Virus record (IMG/VR): IMGVR_UViG_3300027924_001484
Location: 4,166 to 68,165 of that record
Source of the DNA: a virus
DNA: 64,000 nt
Direction: 5' to 3' (one strand)
Position 1 is the stretch's first letter; every line of letters starts with the position of its first letter. This document shows positions 30,901-40,626 of the stretch, piece after piece. Below the pieces are notes generated by a model. That model was not told where the DNA came from. It ran no database searches and saw only the letters and a list, made by a program, of their open reading frames with translations. The translations under genes and the position numbers were made by a program.

Positions 30901-31518
30901 AACAGCAGGAACGTGTGTGCCAGCGCCTCCACCGTTCGTGGGAACCTGCAAGACTTGGTTGGCAACACCTGTGGTGTCATCCAAATAAAACCAGTCACCA
31001 CGAGTTACAAATGAACCGAGTCGAGGAACATTGGATAGTGAAAGTTGTCTCATGACAACTTCGATCCAACCCGTTACATCAGCTCCAAGAGCATTGGCAC
31101 CGATACCTGTAATTGCACCAGCAGCGAAAGCACCATCAACCTCACGAAATTTAAGAAAGCCTGAAGCTGGCATTGCTGCTCCAACAGCAGTAGGTGCAGA
31201 GTTTACAGATGCCCACACACCCAATAGGTAAGAAGATGTAACACCACCTTGTGTCAGGTTTGTACCAATTGCAGGAACCGTGCCAGTGCCAGTGTCATAT
31301 GCAAGCCATCGAACATTACGGGCATCGTACAAAATACCGCCACCTAAAGTAGAAGATATAGTACAACTACCCAAAACACCAGTCATAGACGCTGGAGCAT
31401 CGGCATGCCAACGAGTATCCGTACGAACCGTTAGGATACCACCGTTGATAGTCCACGTTTCACCAGCCGTTCTGGCAACGCCTCCATCCAAGAAAGTATT
31501 TGAAGTAATTGTAGCCAT
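27964..31518 (-). CDS. Tail spike/fibre-like protein with probable parallel beta-helix
   Basis: 1184 aa; central region with regularly spaced Cys/Asn strands (ITDCKF, FTRCHF, FLDCYQ, VQRCYL); C-terminal A.DVW....R.L repeats. Confidence 0.6.
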   Translation of the reverse strand: MATITSNTFLDGGVARTAGETWTINGGILTVRTDTRWHADAPASMTGVLGSCTISSTLGGGILYDARNVRWLAYDTGTGTVPAIGTNLTQGGVTSSYLLGVWASVNSAPTAVGAAMPASGFLKFREVDGAFAAGAITGIGANALGADVTGWIEVVMRQLSLSNVPRLGSFVTRGDWFYLDDTTGVANQVLQVPTNGGGAGTHVPAVWIETGVGTGVYEAFPALLAAAMIPANLSTDERSKFVCTAGDGQVIIGHNGTNTVGFLPPAGCRVRIPNILGRQSKAADGDAVNLVPHATLATRPDFSTANAGFIDFEYFLNDWYHAFTNAYKIIIQHCATFDSHNSTNESSPTVLNDYVVGNYLGAATSLSLGQNSFGGTITDCKFFRVTASANAHAGSLTACVGHIFTRCHFGVVTYARNTGRSVNTSVCSDLQFLDCYQYNSQTIHNTSKNITHIGLDHCDRFVGNTNTTTGLYVVSVGTACDNIFVDGVTFGLKGVVTPDYTNPYLGVFYAVQSTNITFRNAGTRTTPLRVASTVLAPAYIYQDGGQNDNVRVQRCYLEQTRTSTILTLNTSNNQTFESLHGTTGNQTILSLNTLLKGSRATSHLTTGGTSVYGSFAYDMFTSDTSGRLWFACNEPTADTTDYVTLTLAGAAGGFTSTGNAAMPSVGDELIMEFPYYVLGHTGFSGLSQITGTNQQNFDYYYQIDPGTGVWSTEARLAAIRVRASGGTAGTNTFVFTATAAGLPQIGDYVWTDLGTQFTAGTTVTNVVGTTVTLSANILVTLTNIPIFFIDPALVAETISPSDGFKLRIRAETMVAATTNALTYLALWTTSTLADQTNNLYPLDLSPITITGFTLGSRIQLYDVDNATELYNDVPSSTTLTISVPYTTDFDCRVRVMYATDTTAKMFVEFTEECGIDGFSRTVTQENDQVYIDNGIDGTAITDIVIDDGALLVEIDSGLLSWGYIYAYETYWLSTELGIRDEQRFIQAIDTANYVFTDFKIKNVTSGPTVPLVITNGWGRDSVTGETIDIIDTTGGSIFSNPDLVIAYETTGGGGASAADVWSYSTRTLSAGGVTAVQAGLATSAEVAALNDISATDVWAAGTRELTAGGVTAIQTGLATAASIAALNNLSAAQVNAEVDTALADYDAPTKTELDTAIGTVTTNQGVINVGVQKASKLIPHNTNL
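28130..28352 (-). repeat. Two tandem ~36-aa repeats at the tail-spike C terminus
   Basis: SAADVWSYSTRTLSAGGVTAVQAGLATSAEVAALNDI / SATDVWAAGTRELTAGGVTAIQTGLATAASIAALNNL; boundaries approximate. Confidence 0.75.
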
Positions 31519-31526
31519 GTGTTATT

Positions 31527-32186
31527 TCAGATTGAAATCTTCTTTTGTATAATAAGCGTTGTCAGGTTGACTCCATCAAAGTTGTCATAAAATGCATCAA
31601 TTGATCCGTCGTTTGCAATATATCTGTAGTATGTGATTCCTGTGTCGTATGTGTACGTATATACATCTCCACCAGCAAGAGAAGTGTTGAATGATGGTTC
31701 GGCATTCCAGCCAACTGCCAAGTCTGTCCATGTTGGAAAATCTGACACGCCTGGGTCGCCCTGCGGACCAGTTGCTCCTGTAGCACCAGTTGGTCCTGTT
31801 GGTCCGGTAGCGCCAGTTGCTCCCGCAGGACCTGTAGCTCCGGTTGCTCCGGTTGCTCCGGTTGGACCTTGCGGACCTTGTGGTCCCGTAGCAACGACTG
31901 ACGAAGTAGTTGTGGTTGTAGCCACAGCAGTGGTTCCAATGCCTCTCTTCAATAGAGAAACTTCACTAGTTAGAAGTGCAAGTTTACTAAACACTTCTTG
32001 ATTCAAGAACTTCGTAATGGCAATTGCTAGAAACTCGGCTTCTTTGTCAGAAGCCTGTTGCATCATAACATCAATTTGATCCTTGGTGAGATTTCCACTA
32101 GGAGTGTTTGAGGTTGACATGGCTTTTCTAAAGGAGTTTTTTGATTCCTTTATGAAGGCTTCTAGAGTTTTGTCTTGAGCTGTCAC
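31527..32186 (-). CDS. Collagen-like tail fibre protein
   Basis: 15 consecutive Gly-X-Y triplets after a Thr-rich linker; Tyr-rich C-terminal domain. Confidence 0.8.
   Translation of the reverse strand: MTAQDKTLEAFIKESKNSFRKAMSTSNTPSGNLTKDQIDVMMQQASDKEAEFLAIAITKFLNQEVFSKLALLTSEVSLLKRGIGTTAVATTTTTSSVVATGPQGPQGPTGATGATGATGPAGATGATGPTGPTGATGATGPQGDPGVSDFPTWTDLAVGWNAEPSFNTSLAGGDVYTYTYDTGITYYRYIANDGSIDAFYDNFDGVNLTTLIIQKKISI
31749..31886 (-). repeat. Collagen Gly-X-Y repeat
   Basis: [46 protein letters not shown]. Confidence 0.95.
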
Positions 32187-33958
32187 GAGTCTCCTCCCTT
32201 AGAGCCATAAAGCTTTTGAGAGTGGTTTACCTTGCTTACGTTGTCTGTAATGTTTTTGTCTTGATCGTTTCCGAGTTGTTGTTTGAACCGGGATAGAATT
32301 TGTTCTGTTTTGGTGGAAATGGATGTTTGAGCGGAAAGAGCAGCAGCTTGACCTGCAATAACTGCTGAGTTAGGACCATACGGAACGCTGTTGCCACCAC
32401 CAGCAAATGCATTAGCCATGCTTCCAAAGGCTTGAGCAACGCCATCTCGAAGGTCTTTAATGGCTTTTGTGTGTTCTTCCTGCATGTTTGTTATTTGTTT
32501 TTGTAGAGCATCAACAGTCTCTTTGTACTTGGACCAGAGAATCCATGGCTCATATGGTCCATTGTCATCATTGTAGTTGATGTTGCTAGTTTCATTTGGG
32601 TCATCGTGAATCGCAGTTCCAAAGAATATCTTGTTGGACTCAATATTGATACCGTTCTTGTCAAAGAACATGTAAGACAAGTCTTTGTCTCCATCGCTAT
32701 CGGTAGATGCTTCTCCTTCTCTCAGAAACAACAGAGTTCCCTCAATGTTCTTTTCTTTGTTTTTTCTCGAAATAAACCGTATGTGGTCTGCTTTACCAGC
32801 GACATATGACCTATTGATTGTTCCTATATCGTCTGCATTAGTAGGTTGAGTAATAGGAAGTGTGCTAGTAGGAAAATTTATACTGGTAATTCCAAATTTG
32901 TTGTCTGCAACAGATTGCATAGTTACATACAGCCTTGCAGCATCGTTGATGAAATCTGGATCACCTTCAATTGGGTTGTCTTGAGCTCTTACCTGTGGAG
33001 TTCCTTCTTTATTTCTGAAGGGTGCCTTGTCGGTTTCAATTTTTCCTCTTGAGTTTTGAATTGTTCTAGCTGCTGTTAGTTCTGGAACGGTTTTTGGCTC
33101 TGGTGGAAATCTTCCTCTGCCAACGACCATGTCAATGGTGCCAGCAAATCCCTTGGAGTCGTTAGTAGGTACATCTCCTTGTTGTTGTTCATCTGGTTCT
33201 GGAAATTTTACTGGACCCGATCGATCTTCTCCAAGACAAATAAGTGCGTTATTGGAACCTTGTAAGACAAATTCCTGTGGACGTTTGTTCCATCTTGGAA
33301 CGGACTCTGGCGTTTCGATTTTTGATGCACTGGCATCGTTTATGATGTTTGCATAAGCATCTTCATTTGGAGCGAATGGTCTGATTGACTGAGTATCTGA
33401 TGTTCCGCCGCCATTTGGAAAACTTGGGTCTGGACTAGAAGTAATCTCTTTTAGGTTTGTGGATGACCAATACAGCAAGTTGTTTAGAGGGTCATATTGC
33501 CTATCAAGATGTGAATAGTTTACATCCTCAACTTGTCGCTGTCCGTGAACTCTACTAAGCCAAAACCCAAGTTTGTTACCGTTCGTAGAAAAGTCTTGGT
33601 AGATTACATGTACAATCTCACCAACTTTTAGTGGAAGCATGAAATGACTAGAAAAGAATGGAAACAGAATAGTATATGGTGTAGCACTATTTCCACCTCC
33701 GCTGCTAACAATTTGTGCAACTATTGAGTTAACAGGCATAACCTCAATCAACTCAAAGTTACTTACTTGCTCTGCAAGCTTGTCTTTATAATCTTGTGTG
33801 AATATTGAAAAGTCATAGATGATGTCTATAACAACAGCCTTTTGAAGTGTAGGAGGTGCCGCGTCTGCAACTCCGCGTCGTGGGTCAATCTGATTTAGAG
33901 TTGACCCACCTATGAGCGAGCGCCCAACATTCATTCCTGCATTCATACCAGACATCAA
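32183..33958 (-). CDS. Baseplate hub/spike protein, gp5/gpV-like
   Basis: N-terminal OB-fold pattern [21 protein letters not shown]...[18 protein letters not shown]-terminal helical segment; lies upstream of gp25/gp6. Confidence 0.65.
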   Translation of the reverse strand: MMSGMNAGMNVGRSLIGGSTLNQIDPRRGVADAAPPTLQKAVVIDIIYDFSIFTQDYKDKLAEQVSNFELIEVMPVNSIVAQIVSSGGGNSATPYTILFPFFSSHFMLPLKVGEIVHVIYQDFSTNGNKLGFWLSRVHGQRQVEDVNYSHLDRQYDPLNNLLYWSSTNLKEITSSPDPSFPNGGGTSDTQSIRPFAPNEDAYANIINDASASKIETPESVPRWNKRPQEFVLQGSNNALICLGEDRSGPVKFPEPDEQQQGDVPTNDSKGFAGTIDMVVGRGRFPPEPKTVPELTAARTIQNSRGKIETDKAPFRNKEGTPQVRAQDNPIEGDPDFINDAARLYVTMQSVADNKFGITSINFPTSTLPITQPTNADDIGTINRSYVAGKADHIRFISRKNKEKNIEGTLLFLREGEASTDSDGDKDLSYMFFDKNGINIESNKIFFGTAIHDDPNETSNINYNDDNGPYEPWILWSKYKETVDALQKQITNMQEEHTKAIKDLRDGVAQAFGSMANAFAGGGNSVPYGPNSAVIAGQAAALSAQTSISTKTEQILSRFKQQLGNDQDKNITDNVSKVNHSQKLYGSKGGDS

Positions 33959-33978
33959 TACCTTTTATTAGATATAGA

Positions 33979-34497
33979 CTAGTGAGATTTTTTTGTTGAA
34001 GCCTTGGACTCGGCAGCAGCAGTTTCAAGTGTGTTGTACATCTGATCTTCGCCCCAGTCTTCTTCTACGGTTTCATCAATTGCTTGAGACACGAGTTCGG
34101 CCAACTTGATAATCTGTTCATTTGCCTTACTCATTCTTTCCATGTACTTTGACAAAACTTGCCCATGGATAGCATGTTCAGAACTTTTTCCATTTACCAT
34201 TTGATAAAGGTCACCAAATAGAATGAATGCATTTCTTCTGTCGGTTATTGCATTCTCATAAATCTGCTTCCACAAAGACTTTTTGCGGTCCTCTGTAGTT
34301 GCAAGACTACCAAGCATTGCAGAGAACCCCTTGATGTCTTCTTCGATTTTCTTGTCGAGTTCGGCAACTGAAATCTGTGTGTAACCACTGCTGGTGTTTA
34401 CATACGTATCTCCGTCTTCTTCCTCTTCTTCTAGACGTTCTGGATTTAGTCCTTGATCAATTAGGTGTTGTTCGTATTCAGAATTTTTGTTTGACAT
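33979..34497 (-). CDS. Hypothetical helical phage protein
   Basis: LWKQIYENAITDR...KYMERMSKANEQIIKLA; between sigma factor and hub. Confidence 0.6.
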   Translation of the reverse strand: MSNKNSEYEQHLIDQGLNPERLEEEEEDGDTYVNTSSGYTQISVAELDKKIEEDIKGFSAMLGSLATTEDRKKSLWKQIYENAITDRRNAFILFGDLYQMVNGKSSEHAIHGQVLSKYMERMSKANEQIIKLAELVSQAIDETVEEDWGEDQMYNTLETAAAESKASTKKSH

Positions 34498-34502
34498 AAG
34501 AG

Positions 34503-34509
34503 TAATTAG
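34503..34509 (-). promoter_or_regulatory. Putative late promoter element CTAATTA
   Basis: 5 nt before ATG 34497; overlaps the TAA at the end of the 45-bp repeat. Confidence 0.55.
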
Positions 34510-34550
34510 TCGTCAAGAGAGTTCTTGAACTCTTTGTAGTTCTTCTTTAG
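34506..34550. repeat. 45-bp exact direct repeat, copy 1
   Basis: ttagtcgtcaagagagttcttgaactctttgtagttcttctttag, identical to 35608..35652. Confidence 0.97.
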
Positions 34551-35507
34551 GACCCAACCTTTGTGATATTTGATTTTTCCATTCACTAGTTCATTGATGC
34601 TGCAAATACTTAAATTTCGTTCCCTGCAAAACTTGGCTAAGTTAGTTCCAAGAAAATGTTCAATACCATCTGGGTCTATCAAAGCTATATTGTAAGTTTT
34701 TTGATTGCATTCAATCGATCTTTCGATAGAGTGTTTTGATACTGGGTTTCCTTTGTTTGCTTTTGAAATCTTGTTTTTTGTTTCTGGCGAGCACTTTTTA
34801 CCCTTGTTTGATTCCGATATTTTTCTACGAGTTTCTTTAGATGCTGGCGGTCTTGCTCTTGAGATTTCAGCCAGTCTTCGTCTTTCTTCTGGATTCTCAA
34901 ATCTGCGCCGCGCAGCAGCAGCTTTAATCTTACAAGTATCTTCTGTGTCTGGCTTCCTATTAAGAGCAGCCTGAGACATGGCTTGCTTCTGATTTGGCGT
35001 GTTTGTTCTTCCAGTTGCCTTTTGGACTTTCCAGGTTCTATATTCTTCTGTTGCCCACATTCTTTTGGAAAGCTCTGAACGAGCCTTTTTTCTTTCGGGG
35101 TCATCTTTCCATGCCAACCTAAGTCCTGCACTTATTTTAGCTCTAACTTCTTCTCTGGAGGAACTCCAAGTTGAACTTTTTGGTTTCAGTGTAAAGTTCT
35201 TTGAATTGTAACAGTTCACGCAATTATCAAAAAATTTGTTGAGGTATGTCTCTTCTACGGTTCTTCTTTCAACAAGTGTGCCGTTCGTGACTTCTAATAC
35301 TTCAAATACAAATGCACCTTCTCCGCACTTGCTGAAGTCTGCTTGCAAGAACTTGTTGTGGTGGGTTCCTTTCCTAAGAGAATTTAGATGTTGGTAGTAT
35401 CTTGATTTAAAGTGCTTTGCGCTTCCTATATAAAATCTATTATTGGAACTGTTTAGAATTTTGTAAATTCCAGATTCGTTTGAGTGCTCTTTGTAGTCTG
35501 TCTTCAT
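34506..35507 (-). CDS. GIY-YIG homing endonuclease with NUMOD3 and C-terminal HTH
   Basis: SGIYKILN...FYIGSA...R...H...H.N..LQ; SPETKNKISKANKG; NLAKFCRERNL...HKGW. Confidence 0.92.
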   Translation of the reverse strand: MKTDYKEHSNESGIYKILNSSNNRFYIGSAKHFKSRYYQHLNSLRKGTHHNKFLQADFSKCGEGAFVFEVLEVTNGTLVERRTVEETYLNKFFDNCVNCYNSKNFTLKPKSSTWSSSREEVRAKISAGLRLAWKDDPERKKARSELSKRMWATEEYRTWKVQKATGRTNTPNQKQAMSQAALNRKPDTEDTCKIKAAAARRRFENPEERRRLAEISRARPPASKETRRKISESNKGKKCSPETKNKISKANKGNPVSKHSIERSIECNQKTYNIALIDPDGIEHFLGTNLAKFCRERNLSICSINELVNGKIKYHKGWVLKKNYKEFKNSLDD

Positions 35508-35512
35508 GAATC

Positions 35513-35538
35513 TAAGTATTGCTAGGGTACGGAATTTC
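35513..35538 (-). promoter_or_regulatory. Putative leaderless late promoter of the GIY-YIG gene
   Basis: GAAATTCCGTACCCTAGCA-ATACTTA-N5-ATG; closely similar element at 54473..54499. Confidence 0.6.
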
Positions 35539-35607
35539 TAGAGAAAGATGAAAAGTACTACACTGTAAAAAAGCAAACATCTGTAAAAGTGTCTAAAACA
35601 AGTGGTT

Positions 35608-35652
35608 TTAGTCGTCAAGAGAGTTCTTGAACTCTTTGTAGTTCTTCTTTAG
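35608..35652. repeat. 45-bp exact direct repeat, copy 2
   Basis: Encodes LKKNYKEFKNSLDD-stop of the sigma-like gene. Confidence 0.97.
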
Positions 35653-36357
35653 AGAGGAAAGTACGAGAGAAAGCTGCTTTGAACTGAGTTGCGTTATTTG
35701 GCGCATGTATAACAACACTGCTCTTTTGCTAAGCAGTTCAAGGTCTTCAATGTTTGTAATAATTTCCTTGATTGCTACAATAGTAATTTTTTCATTATGA
35801 GTTCGAGCTTTTGATTCAAGGTCGATCAAGAGATTATCAAGGAAGTCCTTAATGTCCTTTTGAGAAACAATGTCATCATAGGATGGAACCATGTTGTAAC
35901 TCTCAATTTTTTCCATGTCTACGGATGAAATATTTAGTACGTCATCAAGACTGATATATTGTTGCAGTCTTCTAGAGTTCTGCTTTGCCTTTATGGTAAG
36001 CCAGTGTCTTGCAACGACGTTGAAATAAGAAAAAGCCTTTGAGCCCTTTTCTGCCTTGAACTTAGGAACTGCTGCATATAGGAACTCTAGGCACTCATAC
36101 TTGAGGTCTTCTTTTGAATCATGTCTAACTTTGAAACCATAGACATTGATTAGGTTTTCCACAAGAGAATTGAAAGCTGGTAGAATTTCTTTGACATAGA
36201 TAACCTTCTTCTCTTCTTCATCAAGACAATTTTGATACTTCACAATTGAGTCCTGAGTATCTGAAGTAAAGTAGTGGCTATCGCTGGTAGCGTTTGGATT
36301 ACGCTTGATTTTGGTTTTGCGTCTTTTGATGATTCTTTTTTCTGGCATTGCTGACAT
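35608..36357 (-). CDS. Phage late-transcription sigma factor, T4 gp55-like
   Basis: HYFT...LVENLIN.YGF...DLKYECLEFL...KFKAEKGSKAFSYFNVVA resembles sigma region 2 of gp55-like proteins. Confidence 0.7.
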   Translation of the reverse strand: MSAMPEKRIIKRRKTKIKRNPNATSDSHYFTSDTQDSIVKYQNCLDEEEKKVIYVKEILPAFNSLVENLINVYGFKVRHDSKEDLKYECLEFLYAAVPKFKAEKGSKAFSYFNVVARHWLTIKAKQNSRRLQQYISLDDVLNISSVDMEKIESYNMVPSYDDIVSQKDIKDFLDNLLIDLESKARTHNEKITIVAIKEIITNIEDLELLSKRAVLLYMRQITQLSSKQLSLVLSSLKKNYKEFKNSLDD

Positions 36358-36358
36358 G

Positions 36359-36862
36359 TTATGATGTCCTTCCGAACACGGTGGTCACGCCAGGCTTGCT
36401 AGGCTTTGGTGAATTTTGTTCTATGGTATTGTAAATTGAGTTTACCGAATCTATGAACTGTTGTTCTTCTGCTGTGCGTACACTAGTGTTCATTGAACTG
36501 ATTTGTTCAAATTCAACTTCTTCTGGCTCTTCTACAAGTTCAACATACGAGATATCTTTTTTCTTTGAGCGCTTGATAAACTGTTCAGCACAACGTCTAA
36601 CAATCAATCTTGAAATTTTAGTTTCATTTCTTGCGCCATCAATAACTTCCCTAATCTCTTGGCTTTCAAAGAAAATAGGTATTTGAATGATCTTGTCAAG
36701 ACTTTCTTCTATTGCCATAAGAGCATCTATGGTTTCGTAGTAGCCTTCAATCGCTTCAGAGTGAGTATCTTCAAAAGCCATAATCAATCTAACGAACTTA
36801 AAAAGATACCACGATGCCGTAAGGCTCCAGGCTAATAAAAATACACACGCAGCTATAATCAT
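36359..36862 (-). CDS. Hypothetical membrane-anchored protein
   Basis: Hydrophobic N terminus MIIAACVFLLAWSLTASWYLF followed by a helical region. Confidence 0.6.
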   Translation of the reverse strand: MIIAACVFLLAWSLTASWYLFKFVRLIMAFEDTHSEAIEGYYETIDALMAIEESLDKIIQIPIFFESQEIREVIDGARNETKISRLIVRRCAEQFIKRSKKKDISYVELVEEPEEVEFEQISSMNTSVRTAEEQQFIDSVNSIYNTIEQNSPKPSKPGVTTVFGRTS

Positions 36863-38046
36863 ACAAGGTCTTTCAAGGCTTCATCATACTTCTGTTGAAT
36901 TGCCTTTGTTGAGTAATCTTGTTCGAGCTTGGACTTTAGGTCTCTTGCCCACTCACGAGGAAGACTTGAGCTGGAAACAAATCTCTTTAGTTTTCTCTTT
37001 GCATCGTCTTCTTTTGGCAACGCCCATCTAGAACCAGCCATCCAAACTTTGTTATCAACTCTTGATTCATGAATTTCTTGAAGAGAATAGTCAACCTTGA
37101 TGAACTTACCCTTGTTTAGAAACTCTGTATGTGCAGACCAGTCGGTTGCAATAACTGGTAGTCCTGAAACAGCTGCTTCAAGTATTGGCAAACCAAATCC
37201 CTCACCTTTTGTAAGAGAAACAAGTGCCTTGATCTTTGGATGCCTATATAAAGCTGCTACTTCTGGGGTTGTCATGTGTCCGTGTAGAAGATAGATTCTT
37301 GGACCAGAACCTTTTCTCACTTGACTAATGATTTGGTTGAGCATTGCAGCAGAATTGTGTCGGTCTATAACAGAGTTTCTTCCAAGGTTTGTCTTTACGA
37401 CAATTCCAATATCTTCTCTGCCTTCAAATTCCTCACACATCCACTTTAGAGTATATGCAAGATTCTTTCTGTCGTTTTCAACTGTCTGCCCAGTAATTTG
37501 TCCAAAGACTAAGAAGTTGAAGTCTGTTTCAAGTCCAAGTTCTAGTTCGGGCAAAGAATTAGCTATAAACTCTTCTGGGAATGATTCTGGCACAACGACC
37601 ATTGGTGTGGTAACTTCACCAGAAGACGTCAGATTCTTTTTAGTAAATTCTGATGGAACAATAATCAAGTCCATGCGATTACAGTTCTCGTGCCACTCTG
37701 GGTTACACTTGTCTGCCTCTACACCTGCCGACATTCCAATGTTTTTGTCAGCTAGGAATGGGTTCCACTCATTTGGAAGTTGAAGCTGAATGCTCAGGTC
37801 GTATGAATCGCTTTCTTGTTTGGAGCATCTGTTTAGAATTTCACCAATTAGACCACCTTCTGCGTCTGGGTCAACAATCCAAGGTGTGTCTCCCCACGAC
37901 ACTGGATCCATGGTGATATGAATGGATGGATTTTGCTTTTGTTTTTCAAGCAACCACCGAGCTACTTGTCTAGAGTGAACAGAATATCCCGATTGACACA
38001 ACAGTGGAGCGCGTAGAATAATTTTTTTTGTAGTTTGAGTTGTCAT
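36859..38046 (-). CDS. Glycosyltransferase, GT4/GT-B
   Basis: SGYS.H; IVPSEF; RKN; GEGFGLPILEAAVSGLPVIATDWSAH. Confidence 0.92.
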   Translation of the reverse strand: MTTQTTKKIILRAPLLCQSGYSVHSRQVARWLLEKQKQNPSIHITMDPVSWGDTPWIVDPDAEGGLIGEILNRCSKQESDSYDLSIQLQLPNEWNPFLADKNIGMSAGVEADKCNPEWHENCNRMDLIIVPSEFTKKNLTSSGEVTTPMVVVPESFPEEFIANSLPELELGLETDFNFLVFGQITGQTVENDRKNLAYTLKWMCEEFEGREDIGIVVKTNLGRNSVIDRHNSAAMLNQIISQVRKGSGPRIYLLHGHMTTPEVAALYRHPKIKALVSLTKGEGFGLPILEAAVSGLPVIATDWSAHTEFLNKGKFIKVDYSLQEIHESRVDNKVWMAGSRWALPKEDDAKRKLKRFVSSSSLPREWARDLKSKLEQDYSTKAIQQKYDEALKDLV

Positions 38047-38062
38047 GTTATTTTGATTTCTC

Positions 38063-39538
38063 TTATAGTGAATTTACGTCAATTGACTTGATAGAGCGCT
38101 TCCTTGTTTTTCCATGCTTTTTTGTAGGTGCATCTTGTGCGGAGGGTGCTTCAGTTGCTGGCACTGTTCCATCTGGTCGCTCACCTTGAAGCTGTGGATT
38201 CGTGATGATTTCTGTCATTGTCCACTTGTTTTCTTTTCCACTCTTTTTGAAGTTTACAATGCACTCTTCAAGTGTGGTTGACCACTTGTCAACTACATTT
38301 TGAACATTAAACTCCTTGCGAACATAAGCAATGCACTTATCAGACATTGCTGATTTCTGTTCTGGAGTCATTTCAAAAATGGTCATCAGAGCATCAACAG
38401 TGTCTTGTGTTCCTGCAATGTCTTCATAGATATACGGAACTAGTTGTGAGCCTACAAGCACTCGCTTGATTGGGTCAAGAGCAACACCATGATGTGAACC
38501 GTCATACTTGTCCACGACCTTGGATGTTTCTCCGCCTGTCTTTAGGGCAATGATTGGCTTTCCAACTTGCATGGAGATTAGAGTGCTTAGACCAAAGCCT
38601 TCTGCCTTGGCAATGTTTAGGCAGCAGTCTGTAACATTATGAAGCATGTTCATGTTCTCAAACGAAAGCTTGTCTGTTGAAAACCAAACTTTGTCTTGAA
38701 GTTCTAGAGCTTCTGCAACTGCTAGAAGATTTGGACCTTCGATGTCTCTTGGGTCTGTGTGCATGATTAGAAGAGCATTGCTATGTCCGTGCTTTTCTTC
38801 TAGTTCTTTTAGAAAATGCTTCCAGCAAACCAAGACGTCTCCAGGAACTTTTCTTGTTGCATTTCTGTTTACCCACAAAACCTTAAACCAGTCCTCTCTT
38901 CCCTTGAAGTTTGCGGAAAGGTTTTTTGAAACAACCTCCTGCGGCATCTTGTAATAGAGCGTCTCAGGAAATGCATGAGGAATGTAGTGAGTCTTGTCTT
39001 TATGTTGCTCTGAAACCAAGTCGTAGGTCTTTTGACTTAGACAGTTGATAAGGTCGGTTGACTCATACCACACGTTGTTGAAAGCTGGATATGGATCGTT
39101 GTCCCACACGTGCCAGTAGGCAATTGGACACAGCTGGTGAATCTCGTCTTCCATTTCCCAAAGCCACGTAAACTGACGTGGGTCAGTAAAGATTAGAATT
39201 GCGTCTGGCTTCTCGGTTAGAAGAAGCTGCCTAATCATAGGCTTGTTACCGAAGCCTTCAATTGGTTTCACGATGAAGTCTGGGTTGACTTGAACAGTTC
39301 TGTGATCTTGGTGTTTCATAGCAGCACCAAGACACCTAAAGGTGAACTTTCCGGTTGCAATGAGACCGTCAATTAGAACTCTTGATTGAACACCTACGCC
39401 TGACGTTGCCAGTGGGTGATCTGAAATCATTAGAATTTTATGTTTCTTAACAGGCTTGATGAACAGGTCATCATCGTCATCATCATCTAGTTCAAGTAGT
39501 TCAGCATCTGCATTCAAGAGACTCTCTTGTTCAATCAT
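38063..39538 (-). CDS. Glycosyltransferase, GT4/GT-B
   Basis: KILMISDHPLATSGVG; VNRNATRK; AEGFGLSTL...GKPII; ATG 39538 with AGGA SD preferred over TTG 39598. Confidence 0.9.
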   Translation of the reverse strand: MIEQESLLNADAELLELDDDDDDDLFIKPVKKHKILMISDHPLATSGVGVQSRVLIDGLIATGKFTFRCLGAAMKHQDHRTVQVNPDFIVKPIEGFGNKPMIRQLLLTEKPDAILIFTDPRQFTWLWEMEDEIHQLCPIAYWHVWDNDPYPAFNNVWYESTDLINCLSQKTYDLVSEQHKDKTHYIPHAFPETLYYKMPQEVVSKNLSANFKGREDWFKVLWVNRNATRKVPGDVLVCWKHFLKELEEKHGHSNALLIMHTDPRDIEGPNLLAVAEALELQDKVWFSTDKLSFENMNMLHNVTDCCLNIAKAEGFGLSTLISMQVGKPIIALKTGGETSKVVDKYDGSHHGVALDPIKRVLVGSQLVPYIYEDIAGTQDTVDALMTIFEMTPEQKSAMSDKCIAYVRKEFNVQNVVDKWSTTLEECIVNFKKSGKENKWTMTEIITNPQLQGERPDGTVPATEAPSAQDAPTKKHGKTRKRSIKSIDVNSL

Positions 39539-39642
39539 ATCTTTTCCTGTTGAAATTGCAACGTTATTTGTTGCTACAGAAAGATAATACTTGGTCAAAA
39601 GACTTTTGTATGAGAACGTCTAACATAGTAACATATTTATTA

Positions 39643-40626
39643 CTAACTCTCTTCCCTCAAGTCGCTCTCATACATCTCAATAGCGAGTTCTTCAAACGTG
39701 GTCTTAGGCTGCCATCCAAGAACTCGTTTTGCTTTTGAGGCATCTCCCAACAGATAAGGAACTTCCTGTGGACGGATGTATCGTTGAGCATTAGAGTAGA
39801 CATAGATTGGTATGCTAAGATTGGCTCGATTGAATACCGTTTCGAGGAACTCATCTACGGAGTGTGTTTCCCCAGTGGCAATCACGTAGTCGTCTGGCTT
39901 GTCTTGTTGAAGCATGAGCCACATGGCTTCTACATAGTCCTTGGCATGTCCCCAGTCCCTCTTGGCTTCAAGGTTTCCAAGGACAAGCCTATCTTGTTTT
40001 CCAAGCTTGATTCTGGCTGCCGCTTGCGTAATCTTTCGAGTTACAAACGTCTCACCTCTTCTTGGAGACTCATGATTAAACAAAATGCCTGAACTAAGGT
40101 GCAGTCCATAGGCAGCCCGATAGTTCTTGACTAGATTGTGAGCGTAGAGTTTTGCACACGCATATGGGCTTGCTGGCTCCATCCTGTCGTTCTCCGTGTA
40201 GCCTGTTGTTGGACATGGTGCTACGCCATACATCTCTGATGAAGATGCCTGATAAAACCTTGTGTGGGGCGAGTGCTCCTTGATGATATTGAGCAAGTGC
40301 ATGGTGCCCTTGGCAACCGTGTCAAGTGTCTCCTCTGGAACGTCAAACGAAACCTTCACGTGACTCATTGCAGCTAGGTTGTAAATCTCGTCTGGATTGT
40401 ACTTGTTGACAATCCTATAGAGAGAGTAGGCATCAGTGATGTTACCCCACTCCATTGCAAAATTTGGATGTTCATAGAATGACTCAAGTCTTTCTGTGTT
40501 GAACGTAGAAGTACGACGACGAATGCCTACTACCTTGTATCCCTTTTCAAGTAGAAGCTCAGCCAAGTAGCTTCCATCTTGTCCTGTAACTCCACTAAGG
40601 ATTGCTGTTTTTTGTTTTGTTGACAT
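39643..40626 (-). CDS. gmd: GDP-mannose 4,6-dehydratase
   Basis: [80 protein letters not shown]. Confidence 0.97.
   Translation of the reverse strand: MSTKQKTAILSGVTGQDGSYLAELLLEKGYKVVGIRRRTSTFNTERLESFYEHPNFAMEWGNITDAYSLYRIVNKYNPDEIYNLAAMSHVKVSFDVPEETLDTVAKGTMHLLNIIKEHSPHTRFYQASSSEMYGVAPCPTTGYTENDRMEPASPYACAKLYAHNLVKNYRAAYGLHLSSGILFNHESPRRGETFVTRKITQAAARIKLGKQDRLVLGNLEAKRDWGHAKDYVEAMWLMLQQDKPDDYVIATGETHSVDEFLETVFNRANLSIPIYVYSNAQRYIRPQEVPYLLGDASKAKRVLGWQPKTTFEELAIEMYESDLREES

Larger units (their letters stand above)
34551..35652 (-). mobile_element. 1102-bp homing endonuclease cassette bounded by 45-bp direct repeats
   Basis: Removing the cassette with one repeat copy restores the sigma gene joined directly to the CTAATTA-N5-ATG of the next gene. 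Confidence 0.75.

Noticed and set aside
27964..31518. Diversity-generating retroelement target
   Set aside because: No reverse transcriptase and no adenine-specific template/variable repeat pair seen
34506..35607. Group I intron interrupting the sigma gene
   Set aside because: The sigma ORF is complete with its own stop, and only ~100 nt is non-coding, too little for a ribozyme core
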